From NCBI GenBank assembly GCA_036169755.1, contig JAVHNW010000280.1, forward strand, positions 1 to 35,785: a stretch of DNA of 35,785 nt. Reading direction: 5' to 3'. Source of the DNA: a bacterium. GTDB lineage: Bacteria > Chloroflexota > Anaerolineae > Anaerolineales > Villigracilaceae. The notes beneath the pieces are model-generated. The model was not told the DNA's origin. It saw nothing but the letters and a program-made list of their open reading frames with translations, and made no database searches. Each line of letters opens with the position of its first letter. Position 1 is the stretch's first letter. Positions 1 through 8,569 of the stretch are shown piece after piece. Made by a program: the position numbers and the translations under genes.

Positions 1-39
1 CAGGAAAACTCTCAATAACAAAACTGAAACGCGCGCCGA

Positions 40-68
40 TTGCCAAAACCGAAAACCTATGCTAAACT
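40..68 (+). promoter_or_regulatory. sigma70-type promoter: TTGCCA (40-45), 17-nt spacer, extended -10 TGcTAAACT (60-68); predicted +1 coincides with A of ATG at 75
   Basis: Read directly from the sequence. The spacing is canonical at 17 nt. There are 6 nt between the hexamer and the ATG, and no GGAG-like SD in 55-74. Confidence 0.6.
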
Positions 69-74
69 ATAGCC

Positions 75-1319
75 ATGAGTGCGAAAGAAACGCTCGCTCA
101 AATTCGTCAGCCCTTGCAAATGCGAGTCGCCAGCAGCCTGGCGCGCGGTCTGGGAGTGCGCGAAAACTTTCAGAACCAGCTCAACCGATTTTTTGAACTA
201 CTGGAACAGGCGCTGGTTTCGGGCGACCCTTCGTGGCTGGATTCGATTCTCTTCGAGTGGGCCACGGCCCGCACACAAACCGATCTGCAGGATGGCGAGC
301 GCAACGTAGCCGAATTGCTCAATAAAATCGTCACCTACACGCTCGACACGGCGCGCGAAAATCTTTCCGAAAGCGAAGCGCTGGAATTAATCAGCGGGCT
401 CATGCCGCTTTACCTGCACGCCATCGAAAAAGTTGCCGGGTACGAAAGCGAAAGCCGCGTCAATTACGTTTCCAATGAACTGATTTTGCTCAAGGGGAAA
501 CTGGAAAGACTCGATAAAAGCAAATCCAATTTTATTGCGGTGGCCGCGCATGAGTTAAAAACACCGCTGACATTAATCGAAGGCTACACCGCCATGATCG
601 GCGACCTGCTGCCGCGCGAAGATGAGCAGCTGCACATGCTGGCGCAGGGCGTCCACAACGGCATTCGCCGCCTGCGCGAAATTGTGGACGATATGATTGA
701 CGTTTCGCTGATTGATAATAATTTAATGGCGCTCAACTTTCAGCCGGTCTGGCTCAATCGCATTCTCAACCTGCTGAAAACCGATTTCAAAGAATCAATT
801 ATCAGCCGCAGGCAAAAAGTCGAAATCCAAAATTTCCCTGGCAGCGAAGAACTGATTTTCGCCGACCCAGAGCGCATTTATCAGGCCCTGAAAAATATCC
901 TCAGCAACGCCATCAAATACACGCCAGATGGCGGCGCCATCACCATTGACGGGCGAACGCTGCCCGGCTTCATTGAAATTATCGTCAAAGACAATGGCAT
1001 CGGCATCGCCCACGAAAATCAGGATTTAATTTTTGAAAAATTCGGCCAGTTGGGCAATGTTTCGCTGCACTCCAGCGGAAAAACAAAATTCAAGGGCGGC
1101 GGGCCGGGGCTGGGTCTACCCATCGCCAAAGGCATCATCGAATCTCACGGCGGCACGCTGTGGGTCGAATCGGAAGGGTATAATGAAGTAGACTGTCCTG
1201 GCTCCACTTTTCATATTCTCCTGCCGCTGCGCACTCAGCCCAGTGACCCGAAATTGGCAAAACTCTTCGGCGCGATAAACTCGGGCGAAACCCCGCCCGA
1301 AAATACGCCGCTCCCCTGA
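75..1319 (+). CDS. Sensor histidine kinase (HisKA + HATPase_c), apparently soluble, no adjacent response regulator
   Basis: 414-aa ORF with H-box FIAVAAHELKTPLTLIEGY, N-box NILSNAIKYTP, G1 VKDNGIGI and G2 GGPGLGLPIA. No hydrophobic TM segment. The N-terminal ~140 aa are helical with no sensor domain I recognise. Confidence 0.9.
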   Translation: MSAKETLAQIRQPLQMRVASSLARGLGVRENFQNQLNRFFELLEQALVSGDPSWLDSILFEWATARTQTDLQDGERNVAELLNKIVTYTLDTARENLSESEALELISGLMPLYLHAIEKVAGYESESRVNYVSNELILLKGKLERLDKSKSNFIAVAAHELKTPLTLIEGYTAMIGDLLPREDEQLHMLAQGVHNGIRRLREIVDDMIDVSLIDNNLMALNFQPVWLNRILNLLKTDFKESIISRRQKVEIQNFPGSEELIFADPERIYQALKNILSNAIKYTPDGGAITIDGRTLPGFIEIIVKDNGIGIAHENQDLIFEKFGQLGNVSLHSSGKTKFKGGGPGLGLPIAKGIIESHGGTLWVESEGYNEVDCPGSTFHILLPLRTQPSDPKLAKLFGAINSGETPPENTPLP

Positions 1320-1336
1320 TTGCAAACAAAACTCCT

Positions 1337-2689
1337 ATGTCAAAACGAATCCCCGAACCAACCAACCCGCCGCGTGAGCGGGCTTTTTTAGTTGGCGTTG
1401 AACTGTTTCAGGATAAAAACCTGCTCACGCTCGAAGACTCTCTCGCCGAATTAACGCTGCTGGCCGATACCGCCGGGCTGGATGTCTGCGGCGAAACCAG
1501 CCAAAAACTTGACCGTCCCAACGCCGAAACCCTCATCGGCTCTGGCAAAGTGGAAGAAATCAAGGCGCTGGCCGAGGAAACCCTGGCGCAAGTCGTCCTT
1601 TTTGACAGCGAACTCAGCCCGCGCCACCAGCGCGAGCTGGAACGCCTGCTGGCGCCCGTCCGCGTACTGGATCGCACCGCGCTGATTCTGGACATCTTCG
1701 CCCAGCACGCGCGCACCGCCGAAGGAATTCTGCAAGTTCAACTGGCGCAATATGAATATTTCCTACCGCGGCTGACGGGCCAGTGGACTCACCTGGCGCG
1801 TCAGGCCGGCGGGCGGGCGGGCGGAGTCGGCCTGCGCGGCCCCGGCGAAACCCAGCTGGAAATTGACCGGCGCGAAATTCGCCAAAAAATTGCCCATCTC
1901 AAACAAGAGTTGGAAAAAGTGCGCGCCCACCGTATGCGCTACCGCGCCCAGCGCAAACGCAACAAAATTCCCACCGTGGCGCTGGTCGGCTACACCAATG
2001 CCGGAAAATCCACCCTGCTCAACCGCATCACCAAGGCCGAGGTCTACGCCGCCAATCAACTCTTCGCCACGCTCGACCCGACCACCCGCCGCGTTGAACT
2101 GCCCGGCGGCTACGGCATGTTACTGACCGACACAGTCGGCTTCATCCAAAAATTACCCACCACCCTGGTGGCCGCCTTCCGCGCCACGCTGGAAGAAATC
2201 TCGGACGCCGACTTGCTGCTGCACGTCGTGGATATTTCACACCCCAACGCCCTGGCGCAATACAAATCCGTCCAGCGCACGCTGGAAGAAATCGGCGCCA
2301 CCCACATTCCCGCGCTGACCGCCCTCAACAAAGTGGATCGGCTGAAAGACCCGCAGCAAGCCGCCGAAATCACCAAACAATTTCCGCGCGCCATTGCGCT
2401 TTCGGCCACCAAAGGCAGCGGCCTGCCCGAACTGCTGACGCTGATGCGCCAGGAACTTTACGAAACCTACACACCCATCAATCTCTGGCTGCCCTATCAG
2501 CAGGGACAACTGATTTCGTTGATACACGAAAGCGGCCAGGTGGAGCGCATCGAACACGGGCGCGGCGGCGTGCAAATTCAGGGACGAATTCCCGGACGCC
2601 TGGTGGCGCAGCTGCGCGAATTTGAAAAATCCAAGCCAAACGCCGCAGCAGAAGAAGAGGAGGTCGTGAATGACACAATGGATTTCTAA
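1337..2689 (+). CDS. hflX: GTPase HflX
   Basis: 450-aa ORF with an HflX-type N-terminal domain (LILDIFAQHARTAEGILQVQLAQ..YFLPRL). G1 is GYTNAGKST, G3 DTVGF and G4 NKVD. Confidence 0.93.
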   Translation: MSKRIPEPTNPPRERAFLVGVELFQDKNLLTLEDSLAELTLLADTAGLDVCGETSQKLDRPNAETLIGSGKVEEIKALAEETLAQVVLFDSELSPRHQRELERLLAPVRVLDRTALILDIFAQHARTAEGILQVQLAQYEYFLPRLTGQWTHLARQAGGRAGGVGLRGPGETQLEIDRREIRQKIAHLKQELEKVRAHRMRYRAQRKRNKIPTVALVGYTNAGKSTLLNRITKAEVYAANQLFATLDPTTRRVELPGGYGMLLTDTVGFIQKLPTTLVAAFRATLEEISDADLLLHVVDISHPNALAQYKSVQRTLEEIGATHIPALTALNKVDRLKDPQQAAEITKQFPRAIALSATKGSGLPELLTLMRQELYETYTPINLWLPYQQGQLISLIHESGQVERIEHGRGGVQIQGRIPGRLVAQLREFEKSKPNAAAEEEEVVNDTMDF

Positions 2690-2885
2690 ACTACTCGACT
2701 CAGCGTCCGAGTTTTTTGCCCACCGCAAGGGACTCTTGCCCCTTGGCGGACTGGCGCTGATTGTGATTAACCTGATTATCGTCAGCGTACTCCCCGCCGA
2801 TAACTACCTTGTCCACGCCAACCTATTCCTGCACCTGGGGCTTTTGCTCGCCATCTTCGGGCTAATGCTCTCCTGGGCGCTCTAA
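2670..2885 (+). CDS. Small hypothetical membrane protein (71 aa, two hydrophobic helices)
   Basis: ATG at 2670 lies 6 nt after GAGGAGG (2657-2663), which sits inside the hflX C-terminal EEEE codons. Two clear hydrophobic stretches (LLPLGGLALIVINLIIVSVL and LHLGLLLAIFGLMLSWAL). It fills the gap between hflX and pepF. I recognise no family. Confidence 0.5.
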   Translation: MTQWISKLLDSASEFFAHRKGLLPLGGLALIVINLIIVSVLPADNYLVHANLFLHLGLLLAIFGLMLSWAL

Positions 2886-2908
2886 CCAACCAACAGGAGC
2901 CAAAATCC

Positions 2909-4705
2909 ATGACCACCCCTCCCCGCTGGGATTTGACAAACGTCTTCCCTTCCCTCGAATCACCCGAATTTGAAGCGGCAATTACCGCCGTCAAAACGCG
3001 AATCGCTGAACTGGAAAATTTTCAGCGCGAAAAAATAAACGGAATTGGGCCCGCCGCCCCCGCCGCCCAGGCCGCCAGCCTGCTCGGCGAAGCCGTCCAG
3101 CGCCTGAATGAACTCTCCACGCTGGCTGGCACTCTCGGCGCATACATTCAATCCTTCGTCACCACCGATTCGCACAACGTCCTGGCGATGAAGAAAATGT
3201 CCGAATTTCAGCAGGTCATGGTTCGCCTGCAAAATCTCTCCACCCAGTTTCAGGCCTGGGTGGGCACGCTCCAGCCAGCGCTGGAAACAATCCTCCCGCT
3301 GAACGAAACTGCCCAGGCGCACGCCTTCAATCTCAAAGAATATGCCGAACAGGCCCGATTCTTGATGAGCGAGGCCGAAGAAAGCCTGGCCGCCGAACTG
3401 AGCCTGAGCGGAGTCAGCGGCTGGAATAAATTGCAAGGAACCATCACCTCGCAAATGACGGTGGATTTTGAGTTGGACGGCAAACTGCAAAAACTGCCCA
3501 TGCCCGCGCTGATTAATCTGCGCTCGCATCCCGATGCCGACACCCGCCGCCGCGCCTACGAAGCCGAAAACAAAGCCTGGGACAGCGTGCGCGAAACCCT
3601 GGCCGCCTGCATGAATGGCGTCAAGGGCGCGGTCAACACCCTCAACAACCGCCGCGGGCGAGAAGACGCCCTGCACGCCTCGGTTGACATGGCGCGCATT
3701 GACCGCGCCACGCTCGATGCCATGCTCTCCGCCATGCGCGACTCATTCCCCGTCTTCCAGCGCTATTTTGCCGCCAAGGCCCGCATTTTGGGCAGGGAAA
3801 AACTCGCCTGGTGGGATTTATTCGCGCCGGTGGGCAACGTGGAAAAAACCTACACCTGGGACGACGCCCGCGCCTTCATCCTTGAAAACTTCGGTAAGTT
3901 TTCGCCCGAGCTGGCCGCCTTTGCCCAAACCGCCTTCGAGAAAAACTGGATTGACGCCGAACAGCGCGAAGGAAAACGCGGCGGCGCCTTCTGCATGGGC
4001 GTCCCCGCCGTCAAGGAAAGCCGCGTCCTCTGCAATTTTGACGGCTCGCTCGACCAGGTCAGCACCATAGCCCACGAACTCGGCCACGGATTTCACAACT
4101 ACTGCGCCTACCAGGCCGGGAAAACCGAAATTCAACAGGAAACGCCGATGACCCTGGCGGAAACCGCCTCCATCATGTGCGAAACCATCGTCATGCAGGC
4201 CGTGCTCAAACAAGTCAGCGACCCGCAGGAAGAACTCGCCATCCTCGAAACCATGCTCACCGGCGATTCGCAAGTCATCGTTGATATTTATTCGCGCTAC
4301 CTGTTTGAAAAGGAAGTTTTTGAACGCCGCGAGAAAAGCGAACTCAGCCCCGACGAACTCTGCGACATCATGGAACACGCTCAAAAAGCGACCTATGGCG
4401 AACTGGATTCCTACCAGCCCTACATGTGGACGTGGAAACCGCACTACTATTACGCCGGACTTTCCTTCTACAACTACCCCTACGCCTTCGGCCTGCTCTT
4501 CGCCACCGGGTTGTACGCCATCTACCAGCAGCGCGGCGAAGCCTTTGTCGCCGACTATAAACAACTGCTGGCCGCCACCGGCCAGGCCAGCGCCGCCGAA
4601 CTGGCCGCCCGCTTCGGCATTGACATCCGCAGCAAAAAATTCTGGCGCGACAGTCTCAAAGTCATCGAAAAGAAGATTGAACGCTACGAGGCTCTGGCAG
4701 GCTAA
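2909..4705 (+). CDS. pepF: M3-family oligoendopeptidase F-like metallopeptidase
   Basis: 598-aa ORF with zinc motif TIAHELGHGFH (HEXXH). Length and layout are typical of M3B/PepF. SD AGGAG upstream of the ATG. Confidence 0.88.
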   Translation: MTTPPRWDLTNVFPSLESPEFEAAITAVKTRIAELENFQREKINGIGPAAPAAQAASLLGEAVQRLNELSTLAGTLGAYIQSFVTTDSHNVLAMKKMSEFQQVMVRLQNLSTQFQAWVGTLQPALETILPLNETAQAHAFNLKEYAEQARFLMSEAEESLAAELSLSGVSGWNKLQGTITSQMTVDFELDGKLQKLPMPALINLRSHPDADTRRRAYEAENKAWDSVRETLAACMNGVKGAVNTLNNRRGREDALHASVDMARIDRATLDAMLSAMRDSFPVFQRYFAAKARILGREKLAWWDLFAPVGNVEKTYTWDDARAFILENFGKFSPELAAFAQTAFEKNWIDAEQREGKRGGAFCMGVPAVKESRVLCNFDGSLDQVSTIAHELGHGFHNYCAYQAGKTEIQQETPMTLAETASIMCETIVMQAVLKQVSDPQEELAILETMLTGDSQVIVDIYSRYLFEKEVFERREKSELSPDELCDIMEHAQKATYGELDSYQPYMWTWKPHYYYAGLSFYNYPYAFGLLFATGLYAIYQQRGEAFVADYKQLLAATGQASAAELAARFGIDIRSKKFWRDSLKVIEKKIERYEALAG

Positions 4706-4707
4706 AA

Positions 4708-5937
4708 ATGCCCCAACTGCCCCTCTTCGCCCCCCAAACCTGGTCGGTGACCGAACTCACCCGCCGCCTGCGCCGCCTGCTCGAAGGCGACCCGGCCCTG
4801 CAGGACGCCTGGGTGCGCGGCGAAATCTCCAACCTGGCGCGACCAGCCTCCGGCCACCTCTACTTCACCCTGAAGGACAGCGGCGCGGCGCTAAAATGCG
4901 TCATCTGGAAAAGTGACGCGCTTCTGCTGAAAAACCTGGCCCTGCGGGACGGCCTTTCAGTGGAAGCGCACGGCAAAATCGGCATCTACGAGCCAGGCGG
5001 CCAATATCAACTTTATGTGGATACCCTGCGCCCGGTCGGCGAAGGCAATTTATACGCCGAATTTTTGCGTCTCAAAGCCGCGCTGGAAGAGGAAGGCCTG
5101 TTCGACCCGGCCCGCAAACGCGAAATTCCCATCTTCGCCCAGCGCATCGGCATCGTCACATCGTTAACGGGCGCGGCGCTGCGCGATATGCTGCACACCC
5201 TGCGCCGCCGTCAGCCGCTGGCCCAGGTGATTTTGGCAGGCTGCGCCGTACAGGGCGCCGCCGCCCCGCTGGAAATTGTCGCCGCGCTGCAGGCAGTCAA
5301 CCGCCACGCGCCAGACGTGATACTCGTAGCGCGCGGCGGCGGCTCGCTGGAAGATTTGTGGGCCTTCAACGATGAGCGCGTTGTCCGGGCCGTTGCGGCC
5401 TCTGCCGCGCCGATAATTTGCGGCGTGGGCCATGAAACCGACTTCAGCCTGGCCGATTTCGCCGCCGATTTGCGCGCCCCGACCCCCACCGCCGCCGCCG
5501 AACTGGCCTCCGCCGTCACCGTGGACGGCCTGACAAAAGTGCTGGATGAGGCGCGCAAAGCGCTCCCGGCGACGATGACGCTGCGCCTGCAGGCCGAAAA
5601 ATCTACCCTGAGCGGAAAGGCGGCGCGGCTGGGACTCGCTTCGCCGCGCCGCCAATTGGCAAGCGCCCGTCAGCGCCTGGATGATGCTCAACGGCGCGCA
5701 GCGCGGGGAATTTTCCAGCAGCTGCAGTTGAAAAAAAACACCCTGCGCGGAACACGCCAACGGCTGATATCGCTCAACCCGCTGATGATTTTGCGGCGCG
5801 GCTATGCCGTCATCACCGACAGCCAGGGAAATCTCATCGTGTCGGCACAACAAGCCCCGGCCGGGTCACTTCTCGCAGTGCGCGTGGCCGAGGGGCAATT
5901 TAAAGCCCGGGTGGAAGAACCCGGCGGAGGCGTTTGA
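4708..5937 (+). CDS. xseA: Exodeoxyribonuclease VII large subunit
   Basis: 409-aa ORF with an N-terminal OB-fold signature (WVRGEISN...GHLYFTLKD). Core motifs are IGIVTS.TGAALRD and VARGGGSLEDLWAFNDE. Start is 2 nt after the pepF stop. Confidence 0.92.
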   Translation: MPQLPLFAPQTWSVTELTRRLRRLLEGDPALQDAWVRGEISNLARPASGHLYFTLKDSGAALKCVIWKSDALLLKNLALRDGLSVEAHGKIGIYEPGGQYQLYVDTLRPVGEGNLYAEFLRLKAALEEEGLFDPARKREIPIFAQRIGIVTSLTGAALRDMLHTLRRRQPLAQVILAGCAVQGAAAPLEIVAALQAVNRHAPDVILVARGGGSLEDLWAFNDERVVRAVAASAAPIICGVGHETDFSLADFAADLRAPTPTAAAELASAVTVDGLTKVLDEARKALPATMTLRLQAEKSTLSGKAARLGLASPRRQLASARQRLDDAQRRAARGIFQQLQLKKNTLRGTRQRLISLNPLMILRRGYAVITDSQGNLIVSAQQAPAGSLLAVRVAEGQFKARVEEPGGGV

Positions 5938-5938
5938 A

Positions 5939-6172
5939 ATGTCCCAATCTCCCCAAAAAATGGAAAAATTAAGCTACGAACAAGCGTTTGCCGAATTGGA
6001 AAAAATTGTGGCGGCGCTGGAAGAAGAAAGCCACCCACTGGATGAATCGCTAAATTTATATGAGCGCGGTCAGGCGCTGGCGGCGCACTGCGCGGCGCTG
6101 CTGGAAGCGGCAGAATTGAAGGTAAAACAAGTTAGCGGGCCAGATTTAATTCCATACGAAGAAGAGGCGTGA
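5939..6172 (+). CDS. xseB: Exodeoxyribonuclease VII small subunit
   Basis: ATG at 5939 is 1 nt after the xseA stop. LSYEQAFAELEKIVAALEEE..LDESLNLYERG is typical of XseB. The longer 5804 start in the ORF track overlaps xseA and was rejected. Confidence 0.9.
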   Translation: MSQSPQKMEKLSYEQAFAELEKIVAALEEESHPLDESLNLYERGQALAAHCAALLEAAELKVKQVSGPDLIPYEEEA

Positions 6173-6173
6173 G

Positions 6174-6626
6174 ATGGATTTTTGGGCTATTTTGCGAAAC
6201 CGCCCGCTGGAAGTGGGCCTGATTGCCTGGGCGATTGCTCAAACGCTGAAACTGCCGTTGTATTATTTGCAATATCGCAAATGGTCGTGGGCGCCGCTGT
6301 TTAGCGCGGGCGGAATGCCCTCTTCACATTCGGCGCTGATGGTGGGGACGACGATGGGTACCGGCTTATACCTGGGATTCGATTCGGCGGCCTTTGCGCT
6401 GGCGGTGGCGATGACAATGATTGTGATTTATGACGCTGCCGGGGTGCGGCGCGAAGCCGGACGGCACGCGGAAGCCATTAATATTCTGTTCGAGGAGCTG
6501 CTTTCAGGTCACCCGGTCTCAGACAAACAACTGCGCGAAGTGCTGGGCCACACGCCGCTGGAAGTGGCTGGCGGCATCGTTTTGGGAATTCTAGTCGGAA
6601 TCGCCTTTTGGCGGCTAAACGGGTAA
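6174..6626 (+). CDS. Divergent PAP2 / DUF212 family membrane protein (acid phosphatase/vanadium haloperoxidase-related)
   Basis: 150 aa, multi-TM, with a GGMPSSHSALMVG motif and a VIYDAAGVRR motif characteristic of the family. Start is 1 nt after the xseB stop. Confidence 0.85.
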   Translation: MDFWAILRNRPLEVGLIAWAIAQTLKLPLYYLQYRKWSWAPLFSAGGMPSSHSALMVGTTMGTGLYLGFDSAAFALAVAMTMIVIYDAAGVRREAGRHAEAINILFEELLSGHPVSDKQLREVLGHTPLEVAGGIVLGILVGIAFWRLNG

Positions 6627-6649
6627 AATTACCCAAAAAGGAGAAAAAA

Positions 6650-6907
6650 ATGGACGAATTGATTACGCTGGTTTCCAAAAAGACTGGCCTGCCCAAAGAA
6701 CAGGCAAAAATGGCAGTGACGGTGGTTCTGGATTTCATTAAAAACAAATTGCCCCCGGCTCTTGCCACGCAGGTGGACGGCGTCTTAAACGGCGGCGGCA
6801 CCAATGTCTTGGGCGCAGTGGAAGATGTTCTGGCAGATGGAAAGATTGACGCCAGTGACGCGGCCACGCTGTTGGGCGATTTATTCGGCGGCGGCAAAAA
6901 GAAATAA
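6650..6907 (+). CDS. Small hypothetical protein (85 aa) with Gly-rich, Lys-terminated tail
   Basis: ATG at 6650 is preceded by AAAGGAG (6636-6642). The N-terminus MDELITLVSKKTGLPKEQAKMAVTVVLDFIK resembles the first two helices of HU/IHF-like proteins, but no beta-arm follows. The 6608 start in the ORF track overlaps the upstream gene. Confidence 0.6.
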   Translation: MDELITLVSKKTGLPKEQAKMAVTVVLDFIKNKLPPALATQVDGVLNGGGTNVLGAVEDVLADGKIDASDAATLLGDLFGGGKKK

Positions 6908-6920
6908 ATCAGGATTGCCA

Positions 6921-6960
6921 GCGATAAAAAAACCGATCTTTCGATCGGTTTTTTTATCGC
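6921..6960. terminator. Bidirectional intrinsic terminator (40-nt perfect palindrome) between convergent genes
   Basis: GCGATAAAAAAACCGATC-TTTC-GATCGGTTTTTTTATCGC. The core stem is CCGATC/GATCGG, flanked by A7 and T7. The murJ stop codon (6954-6956) lies inside it. Confidence 0.75.
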
Positions 6961-8519
6961 CGAAGAAAGCGGTGGGCCAGTTTTTGCAGTTCTGGCGTTT
7001 TTTGCAGCGTCAGCGCCAGCCCATAAACCAAACCACCCAGGGCGACTCCGCCCAGACCTGCCACCCAGGGGCTGAAGGGGCGGGAAAATCCATTCCAAAG
7101 AAGCAGACAAAGACTCATCGCAGCCGCTGCCAGAGCGGCCTGGCGAAACGCGTAAAAAATTTCACGGCGGGGCAGGCCGCCTGGCAGACGGCGATGCATC
7201 AGCGTCAGCAAAATCAACGCTTCGAGCAAGGTTGCCAGGCTGTTCGCCAGCGCCAGGCCGCCGTGCGGCATCCAGCCAATTTGGGTGAAGAGACGTGAAA
7301 AGAGAAATGAAAAGAAAACATTGAGCGTCATGGCGCCCGCGCCAACCAGCACGGGAGTTTTTGTATCGTGAAAGGCGTAAAACGCGCGGGCGAGAATTTC
7401 CAGCACGGCGTGACCGAGCAGCCCGCTGGCGTACCAAATCAGCGCCCAGGCGACCATTTCGGTGGAGGCGGCGCTAAACGAGCCGCGCTGAAAAAGCATG
7501 GCGACAACCGGCCTGCTGAGCAAAATCAGCCCCAGCATGGCCGGAAAAGCCAGCAAAAGTACGCCGCGCAGCGTCCCCGCTACCGTTTTGCGGATTTCAT
7601 CAAACTGGCCGAGCGCGTACTGTGCCGAAAGAGTCGGCATGGCGGCGGTGGCGGCGGATTGGGCGATGACGGCCTGCGCCATGACCATCAGCATAAAGCC
7701 GTAGGTGATGGCGCTGACGCTGCCCGCCATCATCTGTGAGGCAAGCCAGATGTTGACCCAAAAATTGAGTTGGACGATGGCAACGCCAAAAAGCCTCGGC
7801 CCCATCAGACGCATCACTTCGCGCACAGCGGGGTTTTCGAGGCCCAGCGAGAAACTATATTTTCCGCGCAGTTTCATCAGCGCCGGAAGTTGCAGCAGCA
7901 GGTAAAGCGCCGAGCCGAGCACCACGCCCCAGGCCAGGCCGTAAATCCCCAGCGCGGGCGACAAAATCAGAATACCGAAAATCCAGCCCAACTGGTAGAC
8001 GGCGGGCATCAGGGCGGGGGTCAAAAAAATGTGTTTGGCGTTCAAAATTCCGACCACCAAACCACCCAGGCCAAAAAGAACCGCCGTCAGCAGTTGAATG
8101 CGCATCAGTTGAATGGTGAGCGAATACAGCTGAAAATTGTAAAAAAGACCGGGGGCAAGGGCGTAGCGCACAATTTGCGGGGCGAACCAGGCCGCCAGCG
8201 CGGCCAGCAGGCTGAGGGCAAGCGCGAGCAGAGTCGCCGCGCCAGAGGCCAATCGCCAGGCAGAATCTTCGTCATCCTTGACGAGAAAAGCCGTGAAAGT
8301 GGGAATAAACGAGGAGCCGAGCGCGCCTCCGCCAACGATGAGAAAAAGCGTCTCGGCGACACGATTGGCGGCGTAAAAAGCGTCGAGGCTGGGGCTGGTG
8401 CCGAAAGCGCGCGCGACCAGGATGCGGCTGACGAGGCCGGTAATTTGGCCGATAATCAACGCGGCGGCGACGGTTCCGGCGGCGCGAAACAGGCTGGGGC
8501 GACGGGAAGTTAGAGTCAC
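6954..8519 (-). CDS. murJ: Lipid II flippase MurJ (MviN family)
   Basis: 521-aa polytopic membrane ORF. The N-terminus (..ITGLVSRILVARAFG) and its length and hydropathy are typical of MurJ. GTG start at 8519. Confidence 0.88.
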   Translation of the reverse strand: MTLTSRRPSLFRAAGTVAAALIIGQITGLVSRILVARAFGTSPSLDAFYAANRVAETLFLIVGGGALGSSFIPTFTAFLVKDDEDSAWRLASGAATLLALALSLLAALAAWFAPQIVRYALAPGLFYNFQLYSLTIQLMRIQLLTAVLFGLGGLVVGILNAKHIFLTPALMPAVYQLGWIFGILILSPALGIYGLAWGVVLGSALYLLLQLPALMKLRGKYSFSLGLENPAVREVMRLMGPRLFGVAIVQLNFWVNIWLASQMMAGSVSAITYGFMLMVMAQAVIAQSAATAAMPTLSAQYALGQFDEIRKTVAGTLRGVLLLAFPAMLGLILLSRPVVAMLFQRGSFSAASTEMVAWALIWYASGLLGHAVLEILARAFYAFHDTKTPVLVGAGAMTLNVFFSFLFSRLFTQIGWMPHGGLALANSLATLLEALILLTLMHRRLPGGLPRREIFYAFRQAALAAAAMSLCLLLWNGFSRPFSPWVAGLGGVALGGLVYGLALTLQKTPELQKLAHRFLRR

Positions 8520-8527
8520 GGGGCAGG

Positions 8528-8533
8528 ATTATA
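8528..8533 (-). promoter_or_regulatory. -10 hexamer TATAAT (minus strand), 8 nt upstream of the murJ GTG
   Basis: The minus strand reads GGTATAATCCTGCCCCGTG. No SD and no convincing -35. Confidence 0.45.
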
Positions 8534-8560
8534 CCGCAGGAATATTTTCAAGAACGCATG

Positions 8561-8569
8561 TGCTATAAT
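8561..8569 (+). promoter_or_regulatory. Extended -10 TGcTATAAT for the PLD-like gene
   Basis: Perfect TGnTATAAT, about 60 nt upstream of ATG 8631. No good -35. Confidence 0.5.

Noticed and set aside
5804-5938. N-terminal extensions offered by the ORF track. Affected ORFs are xseB from 5804, the ICMT-like gene from 14826, the HEAT gene from 17760, LCP from 18323, EamA from 19871, CDGSH to 21081, AKR to 35283, PLD from 8571 and the DUF5666 gene from 9837.
   Set aside because: Each extension overlaps the upstream gene or a hairpin and encodes Arg/Pro-rich junk. In most cases an internal ATG sits at the expected family N-terminus or right after the upstream stop, often with an SD.
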